Assembly: GCF_964213995.1 (NCBI RefSeq) | Contig: NC_135808.1 | Span: 23,188,001 to 23,252,000 of the forward strand | Source: Mustelus asterias | Taxonomy: Eukaryota | Length of the DNA stretch: 64,000 bases | Direction of reading: 5' to 3' | Shown here: positions 29,522 to 41,024 of the stretch, in pieces | Numbering within the stretch: the stretch's first letter is position 1 | How the letters are laid out: every line of letters begins with the position of its first letter | The notes under the pieces: generated by a model | The model's input: the letters and a program-made list of their open reading frames with translations, nothing else | Databases searched by the model: none | What the model was told of the DNA's origin: nothing | Program-made: the position numbers and the translations under genes

Positions 29522-29640
29522 GACATTTAGGTATGAACCCAAAATATCAACACCACAGAGAGAGACATCAAGCCATGAACCCCAAAACACCCACTGTCAC
29601 ACATAGAGAAACATCAGGGTATGAATCCCAAAATGTGAAT
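28321..29640. repeat. ~50-bp minisatellite with internal (GA)n
   Basis: Unit catcagggtgtgaaccccaaaacaccaacaccca(ga)n, about 25 copies. A single-copy homolog lies at 55381-55420. Confidence 0.97.
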
Positions 29641-29679
29641 TCTAAACTGAGAGCAAGAGCTCCACCGAGCTTGACATTG

Positions 29680-30386
29680 CCCCTCTTGCACTCCATCACT
29701 CACTGACACAGGGTTAATGCCCAGTACCCAGCCTGGCATTGCCCCTCTCATACCCCATCACTCACTGACCAAGGGTTAATGTCCCAGTACCCAGCCTGGC
29801 ATTGCCCCTCTCACACCCCATCACTCACTGACTCAGGGTTAATGCCCCAATACCCAGTCTGACATTGCCCCTCTCACACCCCATCACTCGCTGACCCAGG
29901 GTTAATGCCCCAGTATCCAGCCTGGCATTGCCCCTCTCACACCCCATCACCCAGGGTTAATGCCCCAGTACCCAGTCTGACATTGCCCCTCTCACACCCC
30001 ATCACGCACTGACCCAGGATTAATGCCCCAGTACCCAGTCTGACATTGCCCCTCTCACACCCCATCACTCACTGACCCAGGGTTAATGCCCCAGTACCCA
30101 GCCTGGCATTGCCCCTCTCACACCCCATCACTCACTGACCCAGGGTTAATGCCCCAGTACCCAGCCTGACATTGCCCCTCTCACACCCCATCTCTCAGTG
30201 ATCCAGGGTTAATGCCCAGTGCCCAGCCTGGCATTGCCCCTCTCGCATCCCACCACTCACTGACCCAGGGTTAATGCCCCAGTACCCCATCTGGCATTGC
30301 CCCTCTCACACCCCATCACTCACTGACCCAGGGTTAATGCCCCAGTACCCAGCCTGGCATTGCCACTCTCGCACCCCATCACTCAC
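29680..30386. repeat. 63-bp minisatellite (class I intron 1 type)
   Basis: Unit cccagggttaatgccccagtacccagcctggcattgcccctctcacaccccatcactcactga, about 11 copies here and about 2.7 copies at 55445-55610. Confidence 0.97.
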
Positions 30387-30435
30387 CTGCAGACACCTCT
30401 CCACACAGAAGGACCAGCTCTATCAGTCCAATCAT
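30387..30435 (-). pseudogene. Orphan MHC class I leader exon of a truncated paralog (MIGLIELVLLCGEVSA)
   Basis: It differs from 55611-55659 at one synonymous base and keeps the GTGAGT donor. Flanks are paralogous to intron 1 and the promoter. No alpha1-3 exons were found downstream in the window. Confidence 0.85.
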
Positions 30436-30866
30436 TGCTGCATCCTTCAGATTGGAAGAAACCTTTGGAGGAAACTCTTTTTCAAAGAAAGGGGATCTTC
30501 TCAACTTGTTCCTTCTGTCTTTTTCTGTTCACCCGAAGCCGCAATCGGATTAGACACAAAACAGGTTGGCAAACTTCCTCAATATTCAGAATTCTCCAAA
30601 CAGGGAAATACAACTGGTTATATTATGTTTGCTCAGTGGTTAGCACTGCTGCCTCACAGCGCCAGGGACCCAGGTTCAATTTCAGCCTTGGGTGACTGTC
30701 TGTGTGGAGTTTGTACATTCTCCCTGTGTCTGTGTGGGCTTCCTCCGGGTACTCCTGCTTCCTCCTGCACTCCAAAGATGTGCAGGTTAGGTGGACTGGC
30801 CAAGCTAAATTGCCCCTTACTGTCCAAAGATGTGTGCGATAGAGGATTAGCCATGGTAAATATGTA

Positions 30867-32143
30867 ACACACGCATCTCCATTAAGGACGGTCACCTCAG
30901 CACCTCACTGTACCGCAAACCCACGGATAACCTCATGATGCTCCACTTCTCCAGCTTGCCCCCTAACACGTAAAAGAAGTCATCCCCTACGGAAAAGCCC
31001 TCAGAATACACAGGATCTGCTCGGATGAGGAGGATTGCAACAGACACCTCCAGATGCTGAAAGATGCCCTCATAAGAACAGGATATGGCGCTCGACTCAT
31101 CGATCAACAGTTCCGTTGCGCCACAGTGAAAAACCGCAGAAGACAAACACGGGACACGGTGGACAGAATACCCTTCGTCGTCCAGTACTTCCCCGGAGCG
31201 GAGAAGCTACGGCATCTCCTCCGGAGCCTTCTACATGTCATTGATGAAGATGAACATCTCGCCAAGGCCATCCCCACACCCCCACTTCTTGCCTTCAAAC
31301 AACCGCACAACCTCAAACAGACCATTGTCCGCAGCAAACTACCCAGCCTTCAGGAGAACAGTGACCATGACACCACACAACCCTGCCACAGCAACCTCTG
31401 CAAGACGTGCCGGATCATCGACACGGATGCCATCATCTCACGTGAGAACACCATCTACCAGGTACACGGTACCTACTCTTGCAACTCGGCCAACGTTGTC
31501 TACCTGATACGCTGCAGGAAAGGATGTCCCGAGGCATGGTACATTGGGGAAACCATGCAGACGCTACGACAACGGATGAATGAACACCGCTCGACAATCA
31601 CCAGGCAAGACTGTTCTCTTCCTGTGGGGGAGCACTTCAGCCGTCACGGGCATTCAGCCTTGGATCTTCAGGTAAGCGTTCTCCAAGGCGGCCTTCACGA
31701 CACATGACAGCGCAGAGTCACTGAGCAGAAACTGATAGCCAAATTCCGCACACATGAGGATGGCCTAAACCGGGATGTTGGATTTACGTCACATTATCAG
31801 TAACCCCCACAGCTTTCCCCCTGATCTTGCAGAATCTCACTAGCTGTTCTGTCTGGAGACAATACACATCTCTTTAACCTGTGTTGAATGCTCCCTCCAC
31901 CCACATGGTCTGTACCTTTAAGACCTGGCTGGCTGTAGAGATTTGCATTCTAATTAGTATTCTGTAACTTGATTTCTGTGTCTGTGCATTGTTGGAGATC
32001 AGATATCCACTCCATCTGACGAAGGGGCAGCGCTCCGAAAGCTTATGGTATTTGCTACCAAATAAACCTGTTGGACTTTAACCTGGTGTTGTGAGACTTC
32101 TTACTGTGCTTACCCCAGTCCAACGCCAGCATCTCCACATCAC
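30867..32143 (+). mobile_element. Penelope-like retroelement, 5'-truncated: RT C-terminus, GIY-YIG endonuclease and pLTR
   Basis: ORF 31054-31707 contains NVVYLIRC...WYIGET...LRQRMNEH (GIY-YIG). After a premature stop the frame continues to the GLN motif. The upstream frame has TSLYRKPTD. TSD is AAATATGTA (30858-30866, 32144-32152). It sits inside a SINE. Confidence 0.92.
32012..32048 (+). ncRNA. Minimal type I hammerhead ribozyme in the Penelope pLTR
   Basis: CCAU CUGACGA A GGGGC-AGC-GCUCC GAAA GC UU AUGG. It has the core CUGANGA and GAAA, stem I CCAU/AUGG, stem II, and the palindromic AGCU in place of stem III as in PLE minimal hammerheads. Confidence 0.75.
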
Positions 32144-33843
32144 AAATATGTAGGGTTACAGGGATGGGGCCTGGGTAAAGATGCTCTGTCTGAGATTTGG
32201 TGCTGACTTGAATGGGCTCATTCTATGATTCTAACATCATCAGTTGCCGGGTAGAATGAGCCAAAATGAGTTTAATACAGTGACATAGGGAAGGACATGA
32301 AGAAGAGCAGCAGATCTGAGCTGACCATTCAATTAGATCACTACTGATCTCAACCCCAGCTTCTGACTATAATATTATTACCCAATAAAAATCTATCACT
32401 CTTACATTTGAAAGCTCCAATTGTTCAAATTTTTTTGTGCAGAGACTGGATGTGGATTTCACACTGCTGAATCATTTTAACATTATAAACATTTCGATCA
32501 GATCATCCCTCAACATTCTAAACCCTAGGGAATAAGTTTTTCCATGCTGTCAAACTTTATACTTTATTGTGAAAAGCCGATCCTCTAAAGCACATCTCTG
32601 CAGAGTGAATTGATCTGTTTGCCCTTTGTCAGTGCTCAGGAGCTGGGGTTAATATTGTTGCATGAACAGAGGATTGGTTAATGGACAAGAAACATTGATT
32701 TGTCATAAATGGGCCATTTTCAAGTTCGCCAACACTAGGATCAGTGCTGGGACAATCAGCCATTTACAATCTTTATTCGTGACTCAGACCAAGAGGCCAA
32801 GTGTAATGTATCTAAATTTACAGCAGCGACAAAGCTCGGTGGAAATGAGGAGAGATTGACTCAGTTAGGATTGTGTTCGCTGGAGTTTAGAAGAATGAGG
32901 AGGATCTCATGAAAACCTATAAAATTCTAACAGGAAGAGACAGGCGAGATGCGGAAGGATGTTCCCGATGGCAGGGGAGTCCAGAACCAGGGTGTCCTAT
33001 TCGAAGTATATGTGGAAAACTATTGAGGACTGATTATGAACATCCTGGGGATTACCATTGACCAGAAATTGAACTGAACCAGCCATATAAACACTGTAGC
33101 TACAACAGTGGGTTAGAGGCTGGGAATTTTGTGGATAGTTTAAATTTTAAGTTTCTGTTTCACTATCACAAATAGGCTTATATTAATACTGTAATGACGT
33201 TACTGTGAAAGTCCTCCAGTTGCCACACTCCAGTGTCTGTTCGGGTACACTGAGGGAGAATATAGCATGGCCAGTGCATCCAACCAGCACATCTTTCATA
33301 CTGTGGGAGGGAAACGGAGCTCCCGGAAGAATCTCATGCAGATACAGGGAGAACGTGCAGACTCCGCACAAACAGTGAACCAAACAAAGAATCGAAGCAG
33401 GGTCCCTGGCGTTGTGCCACCAACCCCAGTAACTCACCTCTTATGCAAGATGCTCTTTTGGAGGGTGATGCGCTATTCAGACACGAGGCTCGAAGTTCAG
33501 TAAATGAAGGCTTTTATTTACTGTTAATGAAGCTACCAGAACTTATATACACTATCCCAGACTGAAGGGGTCCCGGCCAGAGCAGGGACTCTTATACCTC
33601 TCCCAGGAGGCGGAGCCTGACTGGGATGTGCCACAACACTACAATACAAAGGTGTAACAACCCCACCCTAACCCAACAGCAACAATAGCACAATCCAACA
33701 GTAACATATGTACATCCTTGTAGTCCTGGCCATCCCCTGGCTCAGCACTATCCAGTGGGAACCAACGATGGTTCACCACATTCACACCTCCTTTGAAAAC
33801 AAAGGCCAGCGGGGTACAAAAACCAGAATAAAATGTCAGCAGT

Positions 33844-36426
33844 CTATAAGTTCAGACGGTCAGGGGGACCGCACCATCGTTGTGACCTCCTCAATACCGG
33901 CGGTGACACCGGAGAAGGCACTTGCGGTGGCGTTCTCCCCAAAACGGCATCCAGCTGTTCTTCCACGGACTCACAGGCCGGTTGACCCTGAGGTGACGGT
34001 AGTCCAGGGGATCCTGACACACCCTGCGGTGGCGACCATCTTCTGGGCTCAGGCAAGCTGTACATGGGAGTAAAATGGTTAAGCAATGGTCCCGATGCTG
34101 CCCGCGCCGTGTCCGGGGAAGAAATGAGAGATAATGGGTTTGTTACTGGGGGTATGGGAGCAACAGGAGTTGCTACGTCCCCTGCTGGCGCCAGGTCTTG
34201 GATCGAGACCGTGTCCTCTTGCCCATCAGGGTATGCCACATAGGCATACTGAGGGTTGGCGTGGAGGAGATGGACCTGTTCGACCAACGGGTCGGACTTG
34301 CGGGCCCTTACACGTCGCCGTAGGAGGACGGGTCCTGAGTACGTCAACCAAGACGGTAAAGAGATCCCCGAGGAAGACTTCCGAGGGAATGAGAACATCC
34401 TCTCGTGGGGAGTAGCATTGGTTGCCAACGGGAGGGAGCGAATAGAATGGAGCGCATCAGGCAGCACCTCTTGCCAACGGGAGACTGGAAGACCTTTTGA
34501 CTTCAACGCCAATAAGACAGCCTTCCAGACTGTAGCATTCTCGCGTTCCACCTGTCCATTACCCCTAGGGTTGTAACTCGTAGTCCTACTAGAGGCAATC
34601 CCGTATGAGAGCAGGAATTGCCTCAAGTCATCGCTCATGAACGACGAGCCCCTGTTGCTATGGATGTAGCTGGGGTACCCGAACAGGGTAAAAAGATCAC
34701 GGAATGCCTTGATAACCGTGGCAGCGGATGTATCCGAGCAGGGAACAACAAAAGGGAACCGAGAGTACTCATCAATGATGTTTAGAAAGTACACGTTCCG
34801 ATCTGTTGAGGGAAGGGGGCCCTTAAAATCAACACTCAGTCTCTCGAAGGGACGAGTGGCCTTGACCAAATGTGCCCGGTCAGGTCGGTAAAAGTGCGGT
34901 TTGCATTCCGCGCAAATCCGACAGCTCCTTGTTACCGACCTGACGTCCTCCACCGAGTAAGGCAGGTTGCGGGCTTTTACAATGTGGTAGAGCTGAGTGA
35001 CCCCAGGATGGCACAGATTATTATGGAGGGCGTGCAAACAATCCTCCTGAATACTAGCGCATGTTCCACGCGAGAGGGCATCCGAGGGCTCATTGAGTTT
35101 CCCTGGACGATACATGATATCGTAGTTATAGGTGGAGAGTTCAATTCTCCACCACAAGATCTTGTCATTCTTGATCTTGCCCCTCTGCGTGTTGTTAAAC
35201 ATGAATGCCACGGACCGCTGGTCCGTGATCAGGGTGAACCGTTTTCCCGCCAAGTAATGGCGCCAGTGTCTGACGGCCTCCACAATGGCCTGGGCCTCCT
35301 TTTCCACCGCTGAATGCCGAATTTTGGGGCCTTGGAGGGTGCGGGAAAAAAATGCGATGGGCCTGCCCGCCTGGTTAAGTGTGGCGGCCAGGGCGAAATC
35401 AGATGCATCGCTTTCCACCTGAAAGGGGATGGACTCGTCTACCGCGTGCATCGTAGCTTTCGCGATGTCGTCTTTCAATTTCTTGAAGGCCAATCGGGCC
35501 TCTGGCGTTAGGGGAAAAGTCGTGGACTTAATGAGCGGACGGGCTTTGTCCACGTAGTTGTGAACCCACTGCGCATAATAAGAGAAGAAGCCTAAGCATC
35601 TTCTCAGTGCTTTTGCACGAGCAGGTAAGGGAAGTTCAGCAAGGGGGCGCATACGGTCTGGATCAGGGCCAATGACCCCGTTTTCCACCACGTATCCTAG
35701 GATGGCTAAACGGCGCGTACGGAACACACACTTCTCCCTGTTGTAGGTCACGTTCAGGCGAGATGCAGTGCGTAAGAAGTTCAGGAGGTTTGTGTCGTGG
35801 TCCTGCTGCTCATGGCCGCAGATGGTGACATTATCCAGGTATGGGAAGGTAGCCCGCAGCCCATTCTGGTCCACGGTTCGGTCCATAGCACGCTGGAAGA
35901 CCGAGACCCCATTGGTGACAACAAAGGGAACCCTGAGAAAATGGTACAAGCGACCATCCGCCTCAAAAGCCGTGTATTGTCGGTCCTCTGGGCGAATGGG
36001 GAGTTGGTGGTAGGCAGACTTGAGGTCTATGGTGGAGAACACCTGTTACTGCGCAATCTGATTGACCATATCAGATATGCGCGGGAGGGGATACGCATCC
36101 AGCTGCGTATATCGGTTAATGGTCTGACTGTAGTCAATGACCATCCGGGGTTTGTTCCCGCTCTTGACCACCATGACCTGTGCCCTCCACGGACTAACAC
36201 TGGGTTGTATGATCCGTTCTTTGAGGAGCCGCTGAACCTCAGATCTAATGAAGATCCGATCCTCAGTGCTGTAACGCCTACTTTTAGTCGCGATGGGCTT
36301 GCAGCCTGGCACAAGATTCTGGAACAGGGAGGGTGTGGTGATCTTCAGTGTCGAGAGACTACAGGCGCGTTGGGCAATTTGGAGGCTGCTGCTGTTTTCC
36401 CACTGCCAGTGAAGGGAATGGCCCAC
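33844..36426 (-). pseudogene. Gypsy pol (RT-RNaseH-integrase), disrupted
   Basis: RT motifs PRMVIDY, FSTIDLKSAYHQ and YLDN; RNase H motifs ESDAS and EKEAQA; integrase HHCC zinc finger and D-(N)-E core. There is an in-frame stop at 36046-36048 and a frame change from gag-pro near 36365. Confidence 0.92.
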
Positions 36427-37825
36427 CGTACTGTAGGATTACACTCCTCAAGTGGACCATGAAGTTTAGTCCGAGAAGTATTGGCGCGCAAAGATACGGC
36501 AACACAAGGAGCTTGAAGCGCTCGTAAGCTGTGCCTTGTACTTTCAAGGTTACCACGCAACTCCCTAGCACGGCAACAGACCGGGACCTTGATGCCATAG
36601 AGATTGTCTGTTTGGCAGGTTGAATCTGGAGTCCACACCTCTTCACAGTGTCTGGGTGGATAAAGCTCTCAGTGCTCCCGCTGTCAAACAGACAATAAAT
36701 CACATGATTATTTACCTGGATATTCATCATTGAACGGTCGAGTCTATGAGGCTTGGCCTGGTCCAGGATGATCGACGCCACCGTTGGTTCATGACCGCCA
36801 CTGCAGGCAGCTGAAATCGATGCGGAGGACCCCTGCTGGTCGTTCGTGGTCAGTGTCGACCAACATGGCTGCCGCCATGAATCGCACGTGGGCGAGGGCG
36901 CCAAACTCAGCCACCCCTGGTGGTCATACTCCTCCGACTCCGTTGACCGTAATGGCGTCGTCCTGGTCTCGCACGTGGACGAACCCCGCGACGACTTCGA
37001 CGATGATGATCCCAGCTCTGAAGAATCGCAGGCCGCACTGCCGTTCCTGGGTTTCGATTGGCACACTTTTGCATAATGCCCTTTTTTACCGCATGCTGTG
37101 CACAATACAGCTTTAGCGGGACACTTTTGCCGGGTATGCTTCGCTCCTCCACAGAAGCAGCACCGCGGGCTGCACGGGGCTGCAGCCGTCGTCTGGCCCG
37201 AATGGGAGCACGCCATTACACAGCATTTCGAACCCGAGGGGCGAGGAGGGATTTGCGACTGCTCCTGCAAAGTTGTCTCCACGTGGTCCTCTGGATATAA
37301 GACTAAGCTCTTTGAAGCCGACTCGAGCATCTCTGCTAACTCGATGGCCTGGGTAAGATTAAGGTTACCCTTCTCCAACAGTTTAAGTCGAATGTACGAC
37401 GATCCGACCCCGGCCACAAACGCATCTCGGGCGAGGTCGTACATGCTCTGCTCAGCCGACACAGCTTTGCAGTCACAGCCCCTGGCTAGCTGTAGGAGCT
37501 CATTGGCATAGTCCTCCATCGTTTCGCCAGACTGCCGTCGTCGAGTGGCTAGGAGGTAACGAGCGTGTATCTCGTTAGGTGGTTTTGTATAGCGCTTCTT
37601 TAGAAGCTCGAGGGCCTTTGGGTAATTAGTGGCCGCACAGATCGCGAGGTAGACAGTGTCGCTTACCCTCGCATGGAGGACCCGGAGTCTGTCATCATCT
37701 GTGGTGACCGCTGCGGAGGCTGCCAGGTAGTCTTCAAAACACTTCAGCCAGTGGTTGAAGGTGTTAGAAGCGCCCACCGCACGTGGATCTAGCGTAAGGC
37801 GTTCCGGCTTGAGAATTTGCTCCAT
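36359..37825 (-). CDS. Gypsy gag-protease ORF
   Basis: Two CCHC zinc knuckles (CCFCGGAKHTRQKC, CTACGKKGHYAKVC) and an aspartic protease motif LFDSGS. Confidence 0.9.
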   Translation of the reverse strand: MEQILKPERLTLDPRAVGASNTFNHWLKCFEDYLAASAAVTTDDDRLRVLHARVSDTVYLAICAATNYPKALELLKKRYTKPPNEIHARYLLATRRRQSGETMEDYANELLQLARGCDCKAVSAEQSMYDLARDAFVAGVGSSYIRLKLLEKGNLNLTQAIELAEMLESASKSLVLYPEDHVETTLQEQSQIPPRPSGSKCCVMACSHSGQTTAAAPCSPRCCFCGGAKHTRQKCPAKAVLCTACGKKGHYAKVCQSKPRNGSAACDSSELGSSSSKSSRGSSTCETRTTPLRSTESEEYDHQGWLSLAPSPTCDSWRQPCWSTLTTNDQQGSSASISAACSGGHEPTVASIILDQAKPHRLDRSMMNIQVNNHVIYCLFDSGSTESFIHPDTVKRCGLQIQPAKQTISMASRSRSVAVLGSCVVTLKVQGTAYERFKLLVLPYLCAPILLGLNFMVHLRSVILQYGGPFPSLAVGKQQQPPNCPTRL

Positions 37826-38521
37826 ACTTGCTCTCTTTTTTTTTCTCCGACGAGAGTTTAACGACAGTAAATAAAATTGATGCGCTATTCAGACACGAGG
37901 CTCGAAGCTCAGTAAATGAAGGCTTTTATTTACTGTTAATGAAGCTACCAGAACTTATATACACTATCCCAGACTGAAGGGGTCCCGGCCAGAGCAGGGA
38001 CTCTTATACCTCTCCCAGGAGGCGGAGCCCGACTGGGATGTGCCACAACACTACAATACAAAGGTGTAACAACCCCACCCTAACCCAACAGCAACAATAG
38101 CACAATCCAACAGTAACATATGTACATCCTTGTAGTCCTGGCCAGCCCCTGGCTCAGCACTATCCAGTGGGAACCAACGATGGTTCACCACAGAGGGTTG
38201 GTGCAAGTGGTGCAGCCGATGGGCCGAATGGCCTCCTTCTGCACTGAAGGATTGAGTTGTGTTGAGACAACCAATAAAGAGAGACGGGGGGGAAGGGGAG
38301 GGCGCGGTTGTTGATGTTCTGTGAAGTCCGTGTTGAAGTTGGAAGATTCTGGGTGAACTGAGGCAGTTTGATGCTGTTGTCCGGATTGTAACCGCGGGGA
38401 GACAGACCTGGGGCAATGCCATTGAGATGATGGAAAATGAGCTGCGGGATTGACTGTTGTCGGAAAGAGAGAAAGTTAAAATAAGTTTCAAATCAAAGCC
38501 GTGACTGAAGCGGATCCCCGG

Positions 38522-38590
38522 CTTCCGGGTGGGAGAAATTAAACAGGGAAATTCCAGTGAAATAGAAATTAGAGTGAGTGAAAGGAAATT
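38522..38590. promoter_or_regulatory. Candidate NF-kB and IRF/ISRE cluster
   Basis: GGGAAATTCC (38546-38555) is directly followed by AGTGAAATAGAAA and GTGAAAGGAAA. An ETS-like CTTCCGG lies at 38522. The neighbourhood is CpG-richer, with CCAAT at 38271. Confidence 0.45.
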
Positions 38591-39689
38591 CAGATTGTGT
38601 CCCCAGAATTCAGAAAATAAAACAAGTTTTACTTTTTAGGTTGAAAAAATGTGTACAAGTTTTGGAATTGAAACACACTCTGTTGGAAACTCCGCCCTCT
38701 GTTGTTTCAATGTAACAATCTTCAATGTTTCCTTTTCTGTTATTTGTGAAACGCGATTTTCCCTTAATTTCAACAACAGACATTGGTGAAGAAAGAAGAT
38801 GTGATGGAATTTGTTTTATCCCCTTTTAAAAGACACGTTTTTAACGTTGAAAAGATCCAGAGTGAAACTTGAAGTGCTGTGAGAAAGAATTGTGTGTACA
38901 GATGTGAGTGTGTAAACGTCCTGTTAGTGAATGAGGAAAGGCTGTGTGAATGCTCTGTGTTGCTGTTCCTTCAGACCGGCTCCAACTCTGATGTGTTTTC
39001 CTGAAAATGGTGAGGTCGAAAGGGGAAATAATAGTTAAAAGTTTTGAAACTGGAAACTTGTTACCGGCTACAATGAAACTCTATTGAAACGGGTGAAACA
39101 TGTGGGATTTCCAATCCAGATACAAATTCACATCTGTCAGAGTGGGGTCGTTTCTTAAATTTTGACGGTGTAATTTTGAATTGAGGAGCGGAATTTAAGG
39201 TGATTGTTGATGGATTATTCTTGTGTTTAAAATCTCCATAAAACTCACCCTGGGGAACAATCGGGACTTTATCTTCTAATCCATTTTGCTCCAAGGTTTT
39301 TATTCGGAAGTATCCCGTTTGAAATGGCGAATCCACAAGATTTGAAGAAATATCTTTGTTCTGCTGAAACCGCCATTTCTCTGAGAACATTGTAACCCAG
39401 TCACTTTCTGAAATCGCCGTGACAGTGAATTCCTTCACCAATTAGAATTAACGCATTCAGCTCCGAGCAGGATGAGCCTTTTGTGTTGGTTTTATAAACA
39501 CACACACGCGCAGGTGACAATTGCGTCCAGTACTGAAAAGTGTAACAATATTTCCAGCAGCTACAAGAATTTGGAAACATTTGCAGACACCGATTTGATA
39601 CAAAGGCTCTGATATTTCAAAGATGTTTATTATTTCCCAAGAGTACTTGGGAATGGGAGATCTTGACGTTAACACACTAACCAATTAAG

Positions 39690-39995
39690 TTTAAGTTTGT
39701 TTATTAGTGTCACAAGTAGGCTTATATTTACACTGCAATGAGGTTACTATGAAAACCCCCTGATCGCCACACTCTGGCGCCTGTTGGGGTACACTGAGGG
39801 AGAATTTAGCATGACCAATACACATTACCAGCTTGTCTTTCAGACTGTGGGAGGAAAACCGGATAGCCGGAGGAAACCCATGCACTCACAGGGAGAACAT
39901 ACAGACTCTGCACAGTGATCCAAGGCGGAAAAAGAAGCCGGGTCCCTGGTGCTGTGAGGCAGCAGTGCCATTCACTGTGCCACCTTGCCGTCCCA
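39690..39995 (-). mobile_element. tRNA-derived SINE (alternative-tail type)
   Basis: Head and tail are shared with 51523-51830 and 60240-60546. Confidence 0.75.
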
Positions 39996-41024
39996 TAGCA
40001 CTAATTTCGAGAAACATGAAAGGGCAGACAAAATTGGAATTGATCAATTCAATACTTATGAATTAATACTTTAAAGCATTAAAGGAGAATTAAAATACAT
40101 CTTAGCTCCTTTCACTGAATATTAAGAAATAAAATATACAGTGGGCTGTCTGGGCAAGGCTACAGTTATGCAGAAGAATTGGGAACATGAACATTGCACG
40201 GCCTCCACCTCGATCCTGCTGGGTAATTTCAGAAGACATTTAATGGTCAACCACATTGCTGTGGGTCTGTAGGCCAGACCAGATAGAGACCGCAGATTTC
40301 CTTCCCGAAAGAACATTAAACAAGATAGGTTTTTACAGCAATCAACAATGGCTTCCTAGTCATCATTAGACTTTTAATTCCAGATTTTATTCTTTATTGA
40401 CTTGAAATTCCACCCTCTGCCTTGGTGGGATTCAAATCCAGGTTCCCAGAGCTTTCTCCTGTGTCTCTGGATTCCTAGTCCACTGACAATACCTCTACAC
40501 CGCCGACAGCCCAAACTCCACCTGGACGTACTGGACATGTGTCACGCACCTGGATGTGTGGTGGGTTATCAAAATCAGGAATTACTGCTTGGGGAGGTGG
40601 AACTGGACAGGATCACGAAAGTTACTTGTTGTCACCGTCCTGCACCTTCCAGGTCTTAATCTGGAATGAGAGGCTGGAATGGGAAAAGAACATTGTGATC
40701 CAGCTAAAGAGATGTGCAAAGTATTCATTTAATCTTAACTAATAAACCCCCATGTGGTAACTTTTTTCTAAAGTCCATATAAGTATATCGATCACATTTT
40801 CCCATCACCATGTCTGTTATCATCTCAGTGAATAGTCAGAGCTTTGACAAGCACCATCTTCCCTTTTAAAATACGTGTTTGCTGCTAATTTATTGCTATT
40901 AATTTCTCTTGATGTGCATTTTTCGTAAAATGTTTTTAAAAGTCTTAAAATGTTCCCCACTGCAGTGGTGTTACCCTACCCCATTGATGTTAGTTTTGTA
41001 CTGAAGACTTTACAGAGGCAGGAA

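Larger units (their letters stand above)
33466..38192 (-). mobile_element. Full-length young Ty3/Gypsy LTR retrotransposon
   Basis: Two 315-bp LTRs (33466-33780 and 37878-38192) with TG..CA ends differ at about 3 bases. The 5-bp TSD is GAGGG (33461-33465, 38193-38197). A purine tract precedes the 3' LTR. Domain order is gag-PR-RT-RH-IN. It inserted into a SINE tail. Confidence 0.97.

Noticed and set aside
28321-29640. Regularly spaced repeats resembling a CRISPR array
   Set aside because: The spacers are only variable-length (GA)n, the context is vertebrate, there are no cas genes, and the unit derives from class I intron 1.
39061-39441. 126-aa minus-strand ORF as a class I leader or other exon
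   Set aside because: It has no signal-peptide character or recognisable domain, and the true leader was found at 55611-55659 and 30387-30435.
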